Below, piece by piece: positions 41,201 through 57,500 of a stretch of DNA of 64,000 bases. Position 1 is the stretch's first letter; each line of letters opens with the position of its first letter. The position numbers and the translations under genes were made by a program. This stretch comes from Eledone cirrhosa (lineage: Eukaryota). Where the stretch lies: assembly GCA_964016885.1 (NCBI GenBank), contig OZ024740.1:436852001-436916000 (forward strand), written 5' to 3'. Below the pieces are notes generated by a model. It worked only from the letters and a program-made list of their open reading frames with translations. It was not told the DNA's origin and did no database searches.

Positions 41201-44200
41201 CTATACATGTCAATATATTTATGTGATAACCCCTCACTGTTCACTACATGTCAAGCTATTTCTGTGATAACCCCTCACTCTTCACTACATGTCAAGCTAA
41301 TTCTGTGATAACCCCTCACTGTTCACTACATGTCAAGCTCTTTCTGTGATAACTTCTCACTGTTTACTACATGTCAAGCTATTTCTGTGATAACCTCTCA
41401 CTGTTCACTACATGTCAAGCTATTTCTGTGATAACCCCTCACTGTTCACTACATGTCAAGCTATTTCTGTGATAACCCCTCACTGTTCACTAGATGTCAA
41501 GCTAATTCTGTGATAACCCCTCACTGTTCACTACATGTCAAGCTATTACTGTGATAACCTTTCACTGTTCACTACATGTCAAGGTATTTCTGTGATAACC
41601 TCTCACTGTTCACTACACGTCAAGCTATTTCTGTGATAAGCCCTCACTGTTCACTACATGTCTAGCTATTTCTGTGATAACCCCTCATTGTTCACTACAT
41701 GTGAAGCAATTTCTGTGATTACCCCTCAATGTTCACTACATGTCAAGCTATTTCCGGTGATTACGCCTCACTGTTCACTATATGTCAAGCTATTTCTGTG
41801 ATAACCTCTCACTGTTCACTACATGTCAAGCTCTTTCTGTGATAACTTCTCACTGTTTACTACATGTCAAGCTATTTCTGTGATAACCTCTCACTGTTCA
41901 CTACATGTCAAGCTATTTCTGTGATAACCCCTCACTGTTCACTACATGTCAAGCTATTTCTGTGATAACCCCTCACTGTTCACTAGATGTCAAGCTAATT
42001 CTGTGATAACCCCTCACTGTTCACTACATGTCAAGCTATTACTGTGATAACCTTTCACTGTTCACTACATGTCAAGGTATTTCTGTGATAACCTCTCACT
42101 GTTCACTACACGTCAAGCTATTTCTGTGATAAGCCCTCACTGTTCACTACATGTCTAGCTATTTCTGTGATAACCCCTCATTGTTCACTACATGTGAAGC
42201 AATTTCTGTGATTACCCCTCAATGTTCACTACATGTCAAGCTATTTCCGGTGATTACGCCTCACTGTTCACTATATGTCAAGCTATTTCTGTGATAACCT
42301 CTCACTGTTCACTATATGTCAAGCTGTTTCTGTGATAACCCCTCACTGTTCACTACATGTCAAACTATTTCTGTGATAATCCCTCAATGTTCATTACATG
42401 TCAAGCAATTGCTGTGATAACCTCTCACTGTTCACTACATGTCAAGCTATTTCTGTGATAACCTCTCACTGTTCACTACATGTCAAGCTATTTCTGTGAT
42501 AACGCCTCACTGTTCACTACATGTCAAGCTATTTCTGTGATAAGCCCTCACTGTTCACTACATGTCAAGCTATTTCTGTGATAACCCCTCAAAGTTCACT
42601 ACATGTCAAGTTATTTCTGTGATAACCTCTCACTGTTCACTACATGTCAAGCACTTTCTGTGATAAGCCCTCACTGTTCACTACATGTCAAGCTATTTCT
42701 GTGATTACCCCTCACTGTTCACTACATGTCAAGTTATTTCCGGTGATTACCCCTCACTGTTCACTATATGTCAAGCTATTTCTGTCATTACCCCTCACTG
42801 TTCACTACATGTCACGCTCTTTCTGTGATAACCTGTCACTGTTCACTACATGTCAAGCTATTTCTGTGATAACCTCTCACTGTTCACTACATGTCAAGCT
42901 ATTTCTGTGATAACCCCTCACTGTTCACTACATGTCAAGCTATTTATGTGCTAATCCCTCACTGTTCACTACATGTCAAGCTATTTCTGTGATAATCCCT
43001 CACTGTTCACTACATGTCAAGCTATTTCAGTGATAACGCCTCACTGTTCACTCCATGTCAAGCTATTTCCGGTGATTACCCCTCACTGTTCACTATATGT
43101 CAAGCTATTTCTGTGATAACCCCTCACTGTTCTCTACATGTCAATATATTTATGTGATAACCCCTCACTGTTCACTACATGTCAAGCTATTTCTGTGATA
43201 ACCCCTCACTCTTCACTACATGTCAAGCTAATTCTGTGATAACCCCTCACTGTTCACTACATGTCAAGCTCTTTCTGTGATAACTTCTCACTGTTTACTA
43301 CATGTCAAGCTATTTCTGTGATAACCTCTCACTGTTCACTACATGTCAAGCTATTTCTGTGATAACCCCTCACTGTTCACTACATGTCAAGCAATTTCTG
43401 TGATAACCCCTCACTGTTCACTAGATGTCAAGCTAATTCTGTGATAACCCCTCACTGTTCACTACATGTCAAGCTATTACTGTGATAACCTTTCACTGTT
43501 CACTACATGTCAAGGTATTTCTGTGATAACCTCTCACTGTTCACTACACGTCAAGCTATTTCTGTGATAAGCCCTCACTGTTCACTACATGTCTAGCTAT
43601 TTCTGTGATAACCCCTCATTGTTAAATACATGTGAAGCAATTTCTGTGATTACCCCTCAATGTTCACTACATGTCAAGCTATTTCCGGTGATTACGCCTC
43701 ACTGTTCACTATATGTCAAGCTATTTCTGTGATAATCCCGCACTGTTCACTCCGTGTCAAGCTATTTCCGGTGATTACCCCTCACTGTTCACTATATGTC
43801 AAGCTATTTCTGTGATAACCCCTCACTGTTCTCTACATGTCAATATATTTATGTGATAACCCCTCACTGTTCACTACATGTCAAGCTATTTCTGTGATAA
43901 CCCCTCACTCTTCACTACATGTCAAGCTAATTCTGTGATAACCCCTCACTGTTCACTACATGTCAAGCTCTTTCTGTGATAACTTCTCACTGTTTACTAC
44001 ATGTCAAGCTATTTCTGTGATAACCTCTCACTGTTCACTACATGTCAAGCTATTTCTGTGATAACCCCTCACTGTTCACTACATGTCAAGCTATTTCTGT
44101 GATAACCCCTCACTGTTCACTAGATGTCAAGCTAATTCTGTGATAACCCCTCACTGTTCACTACATGTCAAGCTATTACTGTGATAACCTTTCACTGTTC

Positions 44201-47200
44201 ACTACATGTCAAGGTATTTCTGTGATAACCTCTCACTGTTCAATACACGTCAAGCTATTTCTGTGATAAGCCCTCACTGTTCACTACATGTCTAGCTATT
44301 TCTGTGATAACCCCTCATTGTTCACTACATGTGAAGCAATTTCTGTGATTACCCCTCAATGTTCACTACATGTCAAGCTATTTCCGGTGATTACGCCTCA
44401 CTGTTCACTACACGTCAAGCTATTTCTGTGATAAGCCCTCACTGTTCACTACATGTCTAGCTATTTCTGTGATAACCCCTCATTGTTAAATACATGTGAA
44501 GCAATTTCTGTGATTACCCCTCAATGTTCACTACATGTCAAGCTATTTCCGGTGATTACGCCTCACTGTTCACTATATGTCAAGCTATTTCTGTGATAAT
44601 CCCGCACTGTTCACTCCGTGTCAAGCTATTTCCGGTGATTACCCCTCACTGTTCACTATATGTCAAGCTATTTCTGTGATAACCCCTCACTGTTCTCTAC
44701 ATGTCAATATATTTATGTGATAACCCCTCACTGTTCACTACATGTCAAGCTATTTCTGTGATAACCCCTCACTCTTCACTACATGTCAAGCTAATTCTGT
44801 GATAACCCCTCACTGTTCACTACATGTCAAGCTCTTTCTGTGATAACTTCTCACTGTTTACTACATGTCAAGCTATTTCTGTGATAACCTCTCACTGTTC
44901 ACTACATGTCAAGCTATTTCTGTGATAACCCCTCACTGTTCACTACATGTCAAGCTATTTCTGTGATAACCCCTCACTGTTCACTAGATGTCAAGCTAAT
45001 TCTGTGATAACCCCTCACTGTTCACTACATGTCAAGCTATTACTGTGATAACCTTTCACTGTTCACTACATGTCAAGGTATTTCTGTGATAACCTCTCAC
45101 TGTTCAATACACGTCAAGCTATTTCTGTGATAAGCCCTCACTGTTCACTACATGTCTAGCTATTTCTGTGATAACCCCTCATTGTTCACTACATGTGAAG
45201 CAATTTCTGTGATTACCCCTCAATGTTCACTACATGTCAAGCTATTTCCGGTGATTACGCCTCACTGTTCACTATATGTCAAGCTATTTCTGTGATAACC
45301 TCTCACTGTTCACTATATGTCAAGCTGTTTCTGTGATAACCCCTCACTGTTCACTACATGTCAAACTATTTCTGTGATAATCCCTCAATGTTCATTACAT
45401 GTCAAGCAATTGCTGTGATAACCTCTCACTGTTCACTACATGTCAAGCTATTTCTGTGATAACCTCTCACTGTTCACTATATGTCAAGCTATTTCTGTGA
45501 TAATCCCTCACTGTTCACTACATGTCAAGCTATTTCTGTGATAACTACTCACTGTTCACTACATGTCAAGCTATTTCCGTGATAACCCGTCACTGTTCAC
45601 TACATTTCGAGCTATTTGTGTTATAACCTCTCACTGTTCACTACATGTCAATCTATTTCTGTGATAACCTCTCACTGTTCACTATATGTCAAGCTATTTC
45701 TGTGATAACCCGTCACTGTTCACTACATTTGGAGCTATTTGTGGTATAACCTCTCACTGTTCACTACATGTCAATCTATTTCTGTGATAAGCCCTCACTG
45801 TTCACCACATGTCAAGCTATTTCTGTGATAACCCCTCACTGTTCACCACATGTCAAGCTATTTCTGTGATAACCCCTCACTGTTCACTACATGTCAAACT
45901 ATTTCTGTGATGATCCCTCAATGTTCATTACATGTCAAGCAATTCCAGTGATAACCTCTCACTGTTCACTACATGTCAAGCTATTTCTGTGATAACCTGT
46001 CACTGTTCACTACATGTCAAGCTATTTCTGTGATAACCTCTCACTGTTCACTAAATGTCAAGCTATTTTTGTGATAACCACTCACTTTTCACTGCATGTC
46101 AAGCTATTTCTGTGATAACCCCTCACTGTTCACTACATGTCAAGCTATTTCTGTGATAACCTCTCACTGTTCACTAAACGTCAAGCTATTTCTGTGATAA
46201 CCACTCAATTTTCACTACATGTCAAGCTATTTCTGTGATAACCCCTCACTGTTCACTACATGTCAAGCTATTTCTGTGATAATCCCTCTCTGTTCACTAC
46301 ATATCAAGCAATTCCAGTGATAACCTCTCACTGTTCACTACATGTCAAGCTATTTCTGTGATAACCCCTCACTGTTCACTACATGTCAAGCTCTTTCTGT
46401 GATAACCCCTCACTGTTCACTACATGCAAGCTATTTCTGTGATAACCCTTCACTGTTCACTACTTGTCAAGCTATTTGTGTGATAACCTCTCACTGTTCA
46501 CTATATGTCAAGCTATTTCTGTGATAACCCCTCACTGTTCACTACATGTCAAGCTATTTCTGTGATAACCCCTCATTGTTCACTACATGTCAAGCTATTT
46601 CTGTAATTACCCCTCACTGTTCACTATATATCAAGCTATTTCTGTGATAACCCCTCACTGTTCTCTACATGTCAAGCTATTTCTGTAATAACCCCTCACA
46701 GTTCACTACATGTCAAGCTATTTCTGTAATTACCCCTCACTGTTCACTACAGGTCAAGCTATTTCTGTGATAAACCCTCACTGTTCACTACATGTCAAGC
46801 TAAATCTGTGATAATCCCTCACTGTTCACTACATGTCAAGCTATTTCTGTGATAACCCCTCACTGTTCACTACAAGTCAAGCTATTTCTGTGATAAGCCC
46901 TCACTGTTCACTACATGTCAAGCTATTTCTGTGATAACGCCTCACTGTTCACTACATGTCAAGCTATTTCTGTGATAAGCCCTCACTGTTCACTACATAT
47001 CAAGCTATTTCTGTGATAACCCCTCAAAGTTCACTACATGTCAAGCTATTTCTGTGATAACCTCTCACTGTTCACTACATGTCAAGCACTTTCTGTGATA
47101 AGCCCTCACTGTTCACTACATGTCAAGCTATTTCTGTGATTACCCCTCACTCTTCACTACATGTCAAGTTATTTCCGGTGATTACCCCTCACTGTTCACT

Positions 47201-48500
47201 ATATGTCAAGCTATTTCTGTCATTACCCCTCACTGTTCACTACATGTCACGCTCTTTCTGTGATAACCTGTCACTGTTCACTACATGTCAAGCTATTTCT
47301 GTGATAACCTCTCACTGTTCACTACATGTCAAGCTATTTCTGCGATAACCCCTCACTGTTCACTACATGTCAAGCTATTTATGTGCTAATCCCTCACTGT
47401 TCACTACATGTCAAGCTATTTCTGTGATAATCCCTCACTGTTCACTACATGTCAAGCTATTTCTGTGATAACGCCTCACTGTTCACTCCATGTCAAGCTA
47501 TTTCCGGTGATTACCCCTCACTGTTCACTATATGTCAAGCTATTTCTGTGATAACCCCTCACTGTTCTCTACATGTCAATATATTTATGTGATAACCCCT
47601 CACTGTTCACTACATGTCAAGCTATTTCTGTGATAACCCCTCACTCTTCACTACATGTCTAGCTATTTCTGTGATAACCCCTCATTGTTAAATACATGTG
47701 AAGCAATTTCTGTGATTACCCCTCAATGTTCACTACATGTCAAGCTATTTCCGGTGATTACGCCTCACTGTTCACTATATGTCAAGCTATTTCTGTGATA
47801 ATCCCGCACTGTTCACTCCATGTCAAGCTATTTCCGGTGATTACCCCTCACTGTTCACTATATGTCAAGCTATTTCTGTGATAACCCCTCACTGTTCTCT
47901 ACATGTCAATATATTTACGTGATAACCCCTCACTGTTCACAACATGTCAAGCTATTTCTGTGATAACCCCTCACTCTTCACTACATGTCAAGCTAATTCT
48001 GTGATAACCCCTCACTGTTCACTACATGTCAAGCTCTTTCTGTGATAACTTCTCACTGTTTACTACATGTCAAGCTATTTCTGTGATAACCTCTCACTGT
48101 TCACTACATGTCAAGCTATTTCTGTGATAACCCCTCACTGTTCACTACATGTCAAGCTATTTCTGTGATAACCCCTCACTGTTCACTAGATGTCAAGCTA
48201 ATTCTGTGATAACCCCTCACTGTTCACTACATGTCAAGCTATTACTGTGATAACCTTTCACTGTTCACTACATGTCAAGGTATTTCTGTGATAACCTCTC
48301 ACTGTTCACTACACGTCAAGCTATTTCTGTGATAAGCCCTCACTGTTCACTACATGTCTAGCTATTTCTGTGATAACACCTCATTGTTCACTACATGTGA
48401 AGCAATTTCTGTGATTACCCCTCAATGTTCACTACATGTCAAGCTATTTCCGGTGATTACGCCTCACTGTTCACTATATGTCAAGCTATTTCTGTGATAA
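35230..48500. repeat. HOR domain B: 17-monomer (699-bp) unit nested in 2630-bp and 7065-bp duplications
   Basis: Marker AAGGTATTT is at 37311, 38010, 40882, 41581, 42074, 43512, 44211 and 45075 (three pairs 699 bp apart). ORF offsets: 40014/42644 = 2630; 39277/46342 and 40014/47079 = 7065. TTCGAG at 38541/45606 is also 7065 apart. Confidence 0.85.
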
Positions 48501-51500
48501 CCTCTCACTGTTCACTATATGTCAAGCTGTTTCTGTGATAACCCCTCACAGTTCACTACATGTCAAACTATTTCTGTGATAATCCCTCAATGTTCATTAC
48601 ATGTCAAGCAATTGCTGTGATAACCTCTCACTGTTCACTACATGTCAAGCACTTTATGTGATAACCTGTCACTGTTCACTACATGTCAAGCTATTTCTGT
48701 GATAACCTCTCACTGTTCACTATATGCCAAGCTATTTCTGTGATAATCCCTCACTGTTCACTACATGTCAAGCTATTTCTGTGATAACCCCTCACTGTTC
48801 ACTACATGTCAAGCTATTTCTGTGATAACCTGTCACAGTTCACTACATGTCAAGCTATTTGTGGTATAACCTCTCACTGTTCACTACATGTCAGGCTATT
48901 TCTGTGATAACCCCTGATTGTTCACTACATGTCAAACTATTTCTGTGATAATCCCTCACTGTTCACTACATGTCAAGATTTTTCTGTGATAACGCCTCAC
49001 TGTTCACTACATGTCAAGCTATTTCTGTGATAACCCCTCACTGTTCACTACATGTCAAGCTATTTCTGTGATAACCTTTCACTGTTCAATACATGTCAAG
49101 CTATTTGTGTGATAACCTCTCACTGTTCACTACATGTCAAGCTATTTCTGTGATAACCCCTCACTGTTCACTACATGTCAAGCTATTTCTGTGAGAACCC
49201 TTCATTGTTCACTATATGTCAAGCTATTTCTGTAATTACCCCTCACTGTTCACTACATGTCAAGCTATTTCTGTGATAACCCCTCACTGTTCTCTACATG
49301 TCAAGCTATTTCTGTAATAACCCCTCACTGTTCACTACAGGTCAAGCTATTTCTGTGATAATCCCTCACTGTTCATAACATGTCAAGCTATTTCTGTGAT
49401 AACCCATCACTGTTCACTACATGTCAACTATTTCTGTGATAATCCCTCACTGTTCACTACATGTCAAGCTATTTCCGGTGATTGCCCCTCACTGTTCACT
49501 ATATGTCAAGCTATTTCTGTGATAACCCCTCACTGTTCACTACATGTCAAGCTATTTCTGTGATAACCCCTCACTGTTCAGTACATATCAAGCTATTTCT
49601 GTGATAACCCCTCACTGTTCACTACATGTCAAGCTATTTCTGTGATAACGCCTCACTGCTCACTACATGTCAAGCTATTTCTGTGATAACCCCTCACAGT
49701 TCACTACATTTCAAGCTATTTCTGTGATAACCTCTCACTGTTCACTACATGTCAAGTTATTTCTGTGATAACCTCTCACTGTTCACTACATGTCAAGCTC
49801 TTTCTGTGATAAGCACTCACTGTTCACTACATGTCAAGCTATTTCTGTGATTACCCCTCACTGTTCACTACATGTCAAGCAATTTCCGGTGATTACCCCT
49901 CACTGTTCACTACATGTCAAGCTATTTCTGTGATAACGCCTCACTGTTCACTACATGTCACGCTATTTCTGTGATAACCTGTCACTGTTCACTACATGTC
50001 AAGCTATTTCTGTGATAACCTCTCACTGTTCACTACATTTCAAGCTATTTCTGTGATAACCCCTCACTGTTCACTACATGTCACGCTATTTCTGTGATAA
50101 CCTGTCACTGTTCACTACATGTCAAGCTATTTGTGTGATAACCCCTCACTGTTCACTACATGTCAAGCTATTTCTGTGATAACCCCTCACTGTTCACTAC
50201 ATGTCAAGCTATTTCTGTGATAAGCCCTCACTGTTCACTACATGTCAAGCTATCTCTGTGATAACGCCTCACTGTTCACTACATGTCAAGCTATTTCTGT
50301 GATAATCCCTCACTGTTCACTACATGTCTAGCTATTTCTGTGATAACCCCTCACTGTTCACTACATGTCAAGCTATTTCTGTGATAACCCCTCACTGTTC
50401 ACTACATGTCAAGCACTTTCTGTGATAAGCCCTCACTGTTCACTACATGTCAAGCTATTTCTGTGATTACCCCTCACTGTTCACTACATGTCAAGTTATT
50501 TCCGGTGATTACCCCTCACTGTTCACTATATGTCAAGCTATTTCTGTCATTACCCCTCACTGTTCACTACATGTAACGCTCTTTCTGTGATAACCTGTCA
50601 CTGTTCACTACATGTCAAGCTATTTCTGTGATAACCCCTCACTGTTCACTACATGTCACGCTATTTCTGTGATAACCTGTCACTGTTCACTACATGTCAA
50701 GCTATTTCTGTGATAACCTCTCACTGTTCACTACATGTCAAGCTATTTCTGTGATAACCCCTCACTGTTCACTACATGTCAAGCTATTTCTGTGCTAATC
50801 CCTCACTGTTCACTACATGTCAAGCTATTTCTGTGATAATCCCTCACTGTTCACTACATGTCAAGCTATTTCTGTGATAATCCCTCACTGTTCACTCCAT
50901 GTCAAGCTATTTCCGGTGATTATCCCTCACTGTTCACTATATGTCTAGCTATTTCTGTGATAAACCCCACTGTTCTCTACATGTCAATATATTTATGTGA
51001 TAACCCCTCACTGTTCACTACATGTCAAGCTATTTCTGTGATAACCCCTCACTCTTCACTACATGTCAAGCTAATTCTGTGATAACCCCTCACTGTTCAC
51101 TACATGTCAAGCTCTTTCTGTGATAACTTCTCACTGTTTACTACATGTCAAGCTATTTCTGTGATAACCTCTCACTGTTCACTACATGTCAAGCTATTTC
51201 TGTGATAACCCCTCACTGTTCACTACATGTCAAGCTATTTCTGTGATAACCCCTCACTGTTCACTAGATGTCAAGCTAATTCTGTGATAACCCCTCACTG
51301 TTCACTACATGTCTAGCTATTTCTGTGATAACCCCTCATTGTTCACTACATGTGAAGCAATTTCTGTGATTACCCCTCAATGTTCACTACATGTCAAGCT
51401 ATTTCCGGTGATTACGCCTCACTGTTCACTATATGTCAAGCTATTTCTGTGATAAGCTCTCACTGTTCACTACATGTCAAGCTGTTTCTGTGATAACGCC

Positions 51501-54500
51501 TCACTGTTCACTACATGTCAAACTATTTCTGTGATAATCCCTCAATGTTCATTACATGTCAAGCAATTGCTGTGATAACCTCTCACTGTTCACTACATGT
51601 CAAGCACTTTCTGTGATAACCTGTCACTGTTCACTACATGTCAAGCTATTTCTGTGATAACCTCTCACTGTTCACTATATGACAAGCTATTTCTGTGATA
51701 ATCCCTCACTGTTCACTACATGTCAAGCTATTTCTGTGATAACCCCTCACTGTTCACTACATGTCAAGCTATTTCTGTGATAACCTGTCACAGTTCACTA
51801 CATGTCAAGATATTTGTGGTATAACCTCTCACTGTTCACTACATGTCAGGCTATTTCTGTGATAACCCCTGATTGTTCACTACATGTCAAGCTATTTCTG
51901 TGATAATCCCTCACTGTTCACTTCATGTCAAGCTTTTTCTGTGATAACGCCTCACTGTTCACTACATGTCAAGCTATTTCTGTGATAACCCCTCACTTTT
52001 CACTACATGTCAAGCTATTTCTGTGATAACCTTTCACTGTTCAATACATGTCAAGCTATTTGTGTGATAACCTCTCACTGTTCAATACATGTCAAGCTAT
52101 TTGTGTGATAACCTCTCACTGTTCACTACATGTCAAGCTATTTCTGTGATAACCCCTCACTGTTCACTACATGTCAAGCTATTTCTGTGATAACCCTTCA
52201 TTGTTCACTATATGTCAAGCTATTTCTGTAATTACCCCTCACTGTTCACTACATGTCAAGCTATTTCTGTGATAACCCCTCACTGTTCTCTACATGTCAA
52301 GCTATTTCTGTAATAACCCCTCACTGTTCACTACAGGTCAAGCTATTTCTGTGATAATCCCTCACTGTTCATAACATGTCAAGCTATTTCTGTGATAACC
52401 CATCACTGTTCACTACATGTCAACTATTTCTGTGATAATCCCTCACTGTTCACTACATGTCAAGCTATTTCCGGTGATTGCCCCTCACTGTTCACTATAT
52501 GTCAAGCTATTTCTGTGGTAACCCCTCACTGTTCACTACATGTCAAGCTATTTCTGTGATAACCCCTCACTGTTCAGTACATATCAAGCTATTTCTGTGA
52601 TAACCCCTCACTGTTCACTACATGTCAAGCTATTTCTGTGATAACGCCTCACTGCTCACTACATGTCAAGCTATTTCTGTGATAACCCCTCACAGTTCAC
52701 TACATTTCAAGCTATTTCTGTGATAACCTCTCACTGTTCACTACATGTCAAGTTATTTCTGTGATAACCTCTCACTGTTCACTACATGTCAAGCTGTTTC
52801 TGTGATAAGCACTCACTGTTCACTACATGTCAAGCTATTTCTGTGATTACCCCTCACTGTTCACTACATGTCAAGCAATTTCCGGTGATTACCCCTCACT
52901 GTTCACTACATGTCAAGCTATTTCTGTGATAACGCCTCACTGTTCACTACATGTCACGCTATTTCTGTGATAACCTGTCACTGTTCACTACATGTCAAGC
53001 TATTTCTGTGATAACCTCTCACTGTTCACTACATTTCAAGCTATTTCTGTGATAACCCCTCACTGTTCACTACATGTCACGCTATTTCTGTGATAACCTG
53101 TCACTGTTCACTACATGTCAAGCTATTTGTGTGATAACCCCTCACTGTTCACTACATGTCAAGCTATTTCTGTGATAACCCCTCACTGTTCACTACATGT
53201 CAAGCTATTTCTGTGATAAGCCCTCACTGTTCACTACATGTCAAGCTATCTCTGTGATAACGCCTCACTGTTCACTACATGTCAAGCTATTTCTGTGATA
53301 ATCCCTCACTGTTCACTACATGTCTAGCTATTTCTGTGATAACCCCTCACTGTTCACTACATGTCAAGCTATTTCTGTGATAACCCCTCACTGTTCACTA
53401 CATGTCAAGCACTTTCTGTGATAAGCCCTCACTGTTCACTACATGTCAAGCTATTTCTGTGATTACCCCTCACTGTTCACTACATGTCAAGTTATTTCCG
53501 GTGATTACCCCTCACTGTTCACTATATGTCAAGCTATTTCTGTCATTACCCCTCACTGTTCACTACATGTAACGCTCTTTCTGTGATAACCTGTCACTGT
53601 TCACTACATGTCAAGCTATTTCTGTGATAACCCCTCACTGTTCACTACATGTCACGCTATTTCTGTGATAACCTGTCACTGTTCACTACATGTCAAGCTA
53701 TTTCTGTGATAACCTCTCACTGTTCACTACATGTCAAGCTATTTCTGTGATAACCCCTCACTGTTCACTACATGTCAAGCTATTTCTGTGCTAATCCCTC
53801 ACTGTTCACTACATGTCAAGCTATTTCTGTGATAATCCCTCACTGTTCACTACATGTCAAGCTATTTCTGTGATAATCCCTCACTGTTCACTCCATGTCA
53901 AGCTATTTCCGGTGATTATCCCTCACTGTTCACTATATGTCTAGCTATTTCTGTGATAAACCCCACTGTTCTCTACATGTCAATATATTTATGTGATAAC
54001 CCCTCACTGTTCACTACATGTCAAGCTATTTCTGTGATAACCCCTCACTCTTCACTACATGTCAAGCTAATTCTGTGATAACCCCTCACTGTTCACTACA
54101 TGTCAAGCTCTTTCTGTGATAACTTCTCACTGTTTACTACATGTCAAGCTATTTCTGTGATAACCTCTCACTGTTCACTACATGTCAAGCTATTTCTGTG
54201 ATAACCCCTCACTGTTCACTACATGTCAAGCTATTTCTGTGATAACCCCTCACTGTTCACTAGATGTCAAGCTAATTCTGTGATAACCCCTCACTGTTCA
54301 CTACATGTCTAGCTATTTCTGTGATAACCCCTCATTGTTCACTACATGTGAAGCAATTTCTGTGATTACCCCTCAATGTTCACTACATGTCAAGCTATTT
54401 CCGGTGATTACGCCTCACTGTTCACTATATGTCAAGCTATTTCTGTGATAAGCTCTCACTGTTCACTACATGTCAAGCTGTTTCTGTGATAACGCCTCAC

Positions 54501-57500
54501 TGTTCACTACATGTCAAACTATTTCTGTGATAATCCCTCAATGTTCATTACATGTCAAGCAATTGCTGTGATAACCTCTCACTGTTCACTACATGTCAAG
54601 CACTTTCTGTGATAACCTGTCACTGTTCACTACATGTCAAGCTATTTCTGTGATAACCTCTCACTGTTCACTATATGACAAGCTATTTCTGTGATAATCC
54701 CTCACTGTTCACTACATGTCAAGCTATTTCTGTGATAACCCCTCACTGTTCACTACATGTCAAGCTATTTCTGTGATAACCTGTCACAGTTCACTACATG
54801 TCAAGATATTTGTGGTATAACCTCTCACTGTTCACTACATGTCAGGCTATTTCTGTGATAACCCCTGATTGTTCACTACATGTCAAGCTATTTCTGTGAT
54901 AATCCCTCACTGTTCACTTCATGTCAAGCTTTTTCTGTGATAACGCCTCACTGTTCACTACATGTCAAGCTATTTCTGTGATAACCCCTCACTTTTCACT
55001 ACATGTCAAGCTATTTCTGTGATAACCTTTCACTGTTCAATACATGTCAAGCTATTTGTGTGATAACCTCTCACTGTTCAATACATGTCAAGCTATTTGT
55101 GTGATAACCTCTCACTGTTCACTACATGTCAAGCTATTTCTGTGATAACCCCTCACTGTTCACTACATGTCAAGCTATTTCTGTGATAACCCTTCATTGT
55201 TCACTATATGTCAAGCTATTTCTGTAATTACCCCTCACTGTTCACTACATGTCAAGCTATTTCTGTGATAACCCCTCACTGTTCTCTACATGTCAAGCTA
55301 TTTCTGTAATAACCCCTCACTGTTCACTACAGGTCAAGCTATTTCTGTGATAATCCCTCACTGTTCATAACATGTCAAGCTATTTCTGTGATAACCCATC
55401 ACTGTTCACTACATGTCAACTATTTCTGTGATAATCCCTCACTGTTCACTACATGTCAAGCTATTTCCGGTGATTGCCCCTCACTGTTCACTATATGTCA
55501 AGCTATTTCTGTGGTAACCCCTCACTGTTCACTACATGTCAAGCTATTTCTGTGATAACCCCTCACTGTTCAGTACATATCAAGCTATTTCTGTGATAAC
55601 CCCTCACTGTTCACTACATGTCAAGCTATTTCTGTGATAACGCCTCACTGCTCACTACATGTCAAGCTATTTCTGTGATAACCCCTCACAGTTCACTACA
55701 TTTCAAGCTATTTCTGTGATAACCTCTCACTGTTCACTACATGTCAAGTTATTTCTGTGATAACCTCTCACTGTTCACTACATGTCAAGCTGTTTCTGTG
55801 ATAAGCACTCACTGTTCACTACATGTCAAGCTATTTCTGTGATTACCCCTCACTGTTCACTACATGTCAAGCAATTTCCGGTGATTACCCCTCACTGTTC
55901 ACTACATGTCAAGCTATTTCTGTGATAACGCCTCACTGTTCACTACATGTCACGCTATTTCTGTGATAACCTGTCACTGTTCACTACATGTCAAGCTATT
56001 TCTGTGATAACCTCTCACTGTTCACTACATTTCAAGCTATTTCTGTGATAACCCCTCACTGTTCACTACATGTCACGCTATTTCTGTGATAACCTGTCAC
56101 TGTTCACTACATGTCAAGCTATTTGTGTGATAACCCCTCACTGTTCACTACATGTCAAGCTATTTCTGTGATAACCCCTCACTGTTCACTACATGTCAAG
56201 CTATTTCTGTGATAAGCCCTCACTGTTCACTACATGTCAAGCTATTTCTGTGATAACGCCTCACTGTTCACTACATGTCAAGCTATTTCTGTGATAACCC
56301 CTCACTGTTCACTACATGTCAAGCACTTTCTGTGATAAGCCCTCACTGTTCACTACATGTCAAGCTATTTCTGTGATTACCCCTCACTGTTCACTACATG
56401 TCAAGTTATTTCCGGTGATTACCCCTCACTGTTCACTATATGTCAAGCTATTTCTGTCATTACCCCTCACTGTTCACTACATGTCACGCATTTTCTGTGA
56501 TAACCTGTCACTGTTCACTACATGTCAAGCTATTTCTGTGATAACCTCTCACTGTTCAGTACATGTCAAGCTATTTCTGTGATAACCCCTCACTGTTCAC
56601 TACATGTCACGCTATTTCTGTGATAACCTGTCACTGTTCACTACATGTCAAGCTATTTCTGTGATAACCTCTCACTGTTCACTACATGTCAAGCTATTTC
56701 TGTGATAACCCCTCACTGTTCACTACATGTCAAGCTATTTCTGTGCTAATCCCTCACTGTTCACTACATGTCAAGCTATTTCCGGTGATTACCCCTCACT
56801 GTTCACTATATGTCAAGCTATTTCTGTGATAACCCCTCACTGTTCTCTACATGTCAATATATTTATGTGATAACCCCTCACTGTTCACTACATGTCAAGC
56901 TATTTTTGTGATAACCCCTCACTCTTCACTACATGTCAAGCTAATTCTGTGATAACCCCTCACTGTTCACTACATGTCAAGCTCTTTCTGTGATAACTTC
57001 TCACTGTTTACTACATGTCAAGCTATTTCTGTGATAACCTCTCACTGTTCACTACATGTCAAGCTATTTCTGTGATAACCCCTCACTGTTCACTACATGT
57101 CAAGCTATTTCTGTGATAACCCCTCACTGTTCACTAGATGTCAAGCTAATTCTGTGATAACCCCTCACTGTTCACTACATGTCAAGCTATTACTGTGATA
57201 ACCTTTCACTGTTCACTACATGTCAAGGTATTTCTGTGATAACCTCTCACTGTTCACTACATGTCAAGCTATTTCTGTGATAAGCCCTCACTGTTCACTA
57301 CATGTCTAGCTATTTCTGTGGTAACCCCTCATTGTTCACTACATGTGAAGCAATTTCTGTGATTACCCCTCAATGTTCACTACATGTCAAGCTATTTCCG
57401 GTGATTACGCCTCACTGTTCACTATATGTCAAGCTATTTCTGTGATAAGCTCTCACTGTTCACTACATGTCAAGCTGTTTCTGTGATAACCCCTCACTGT

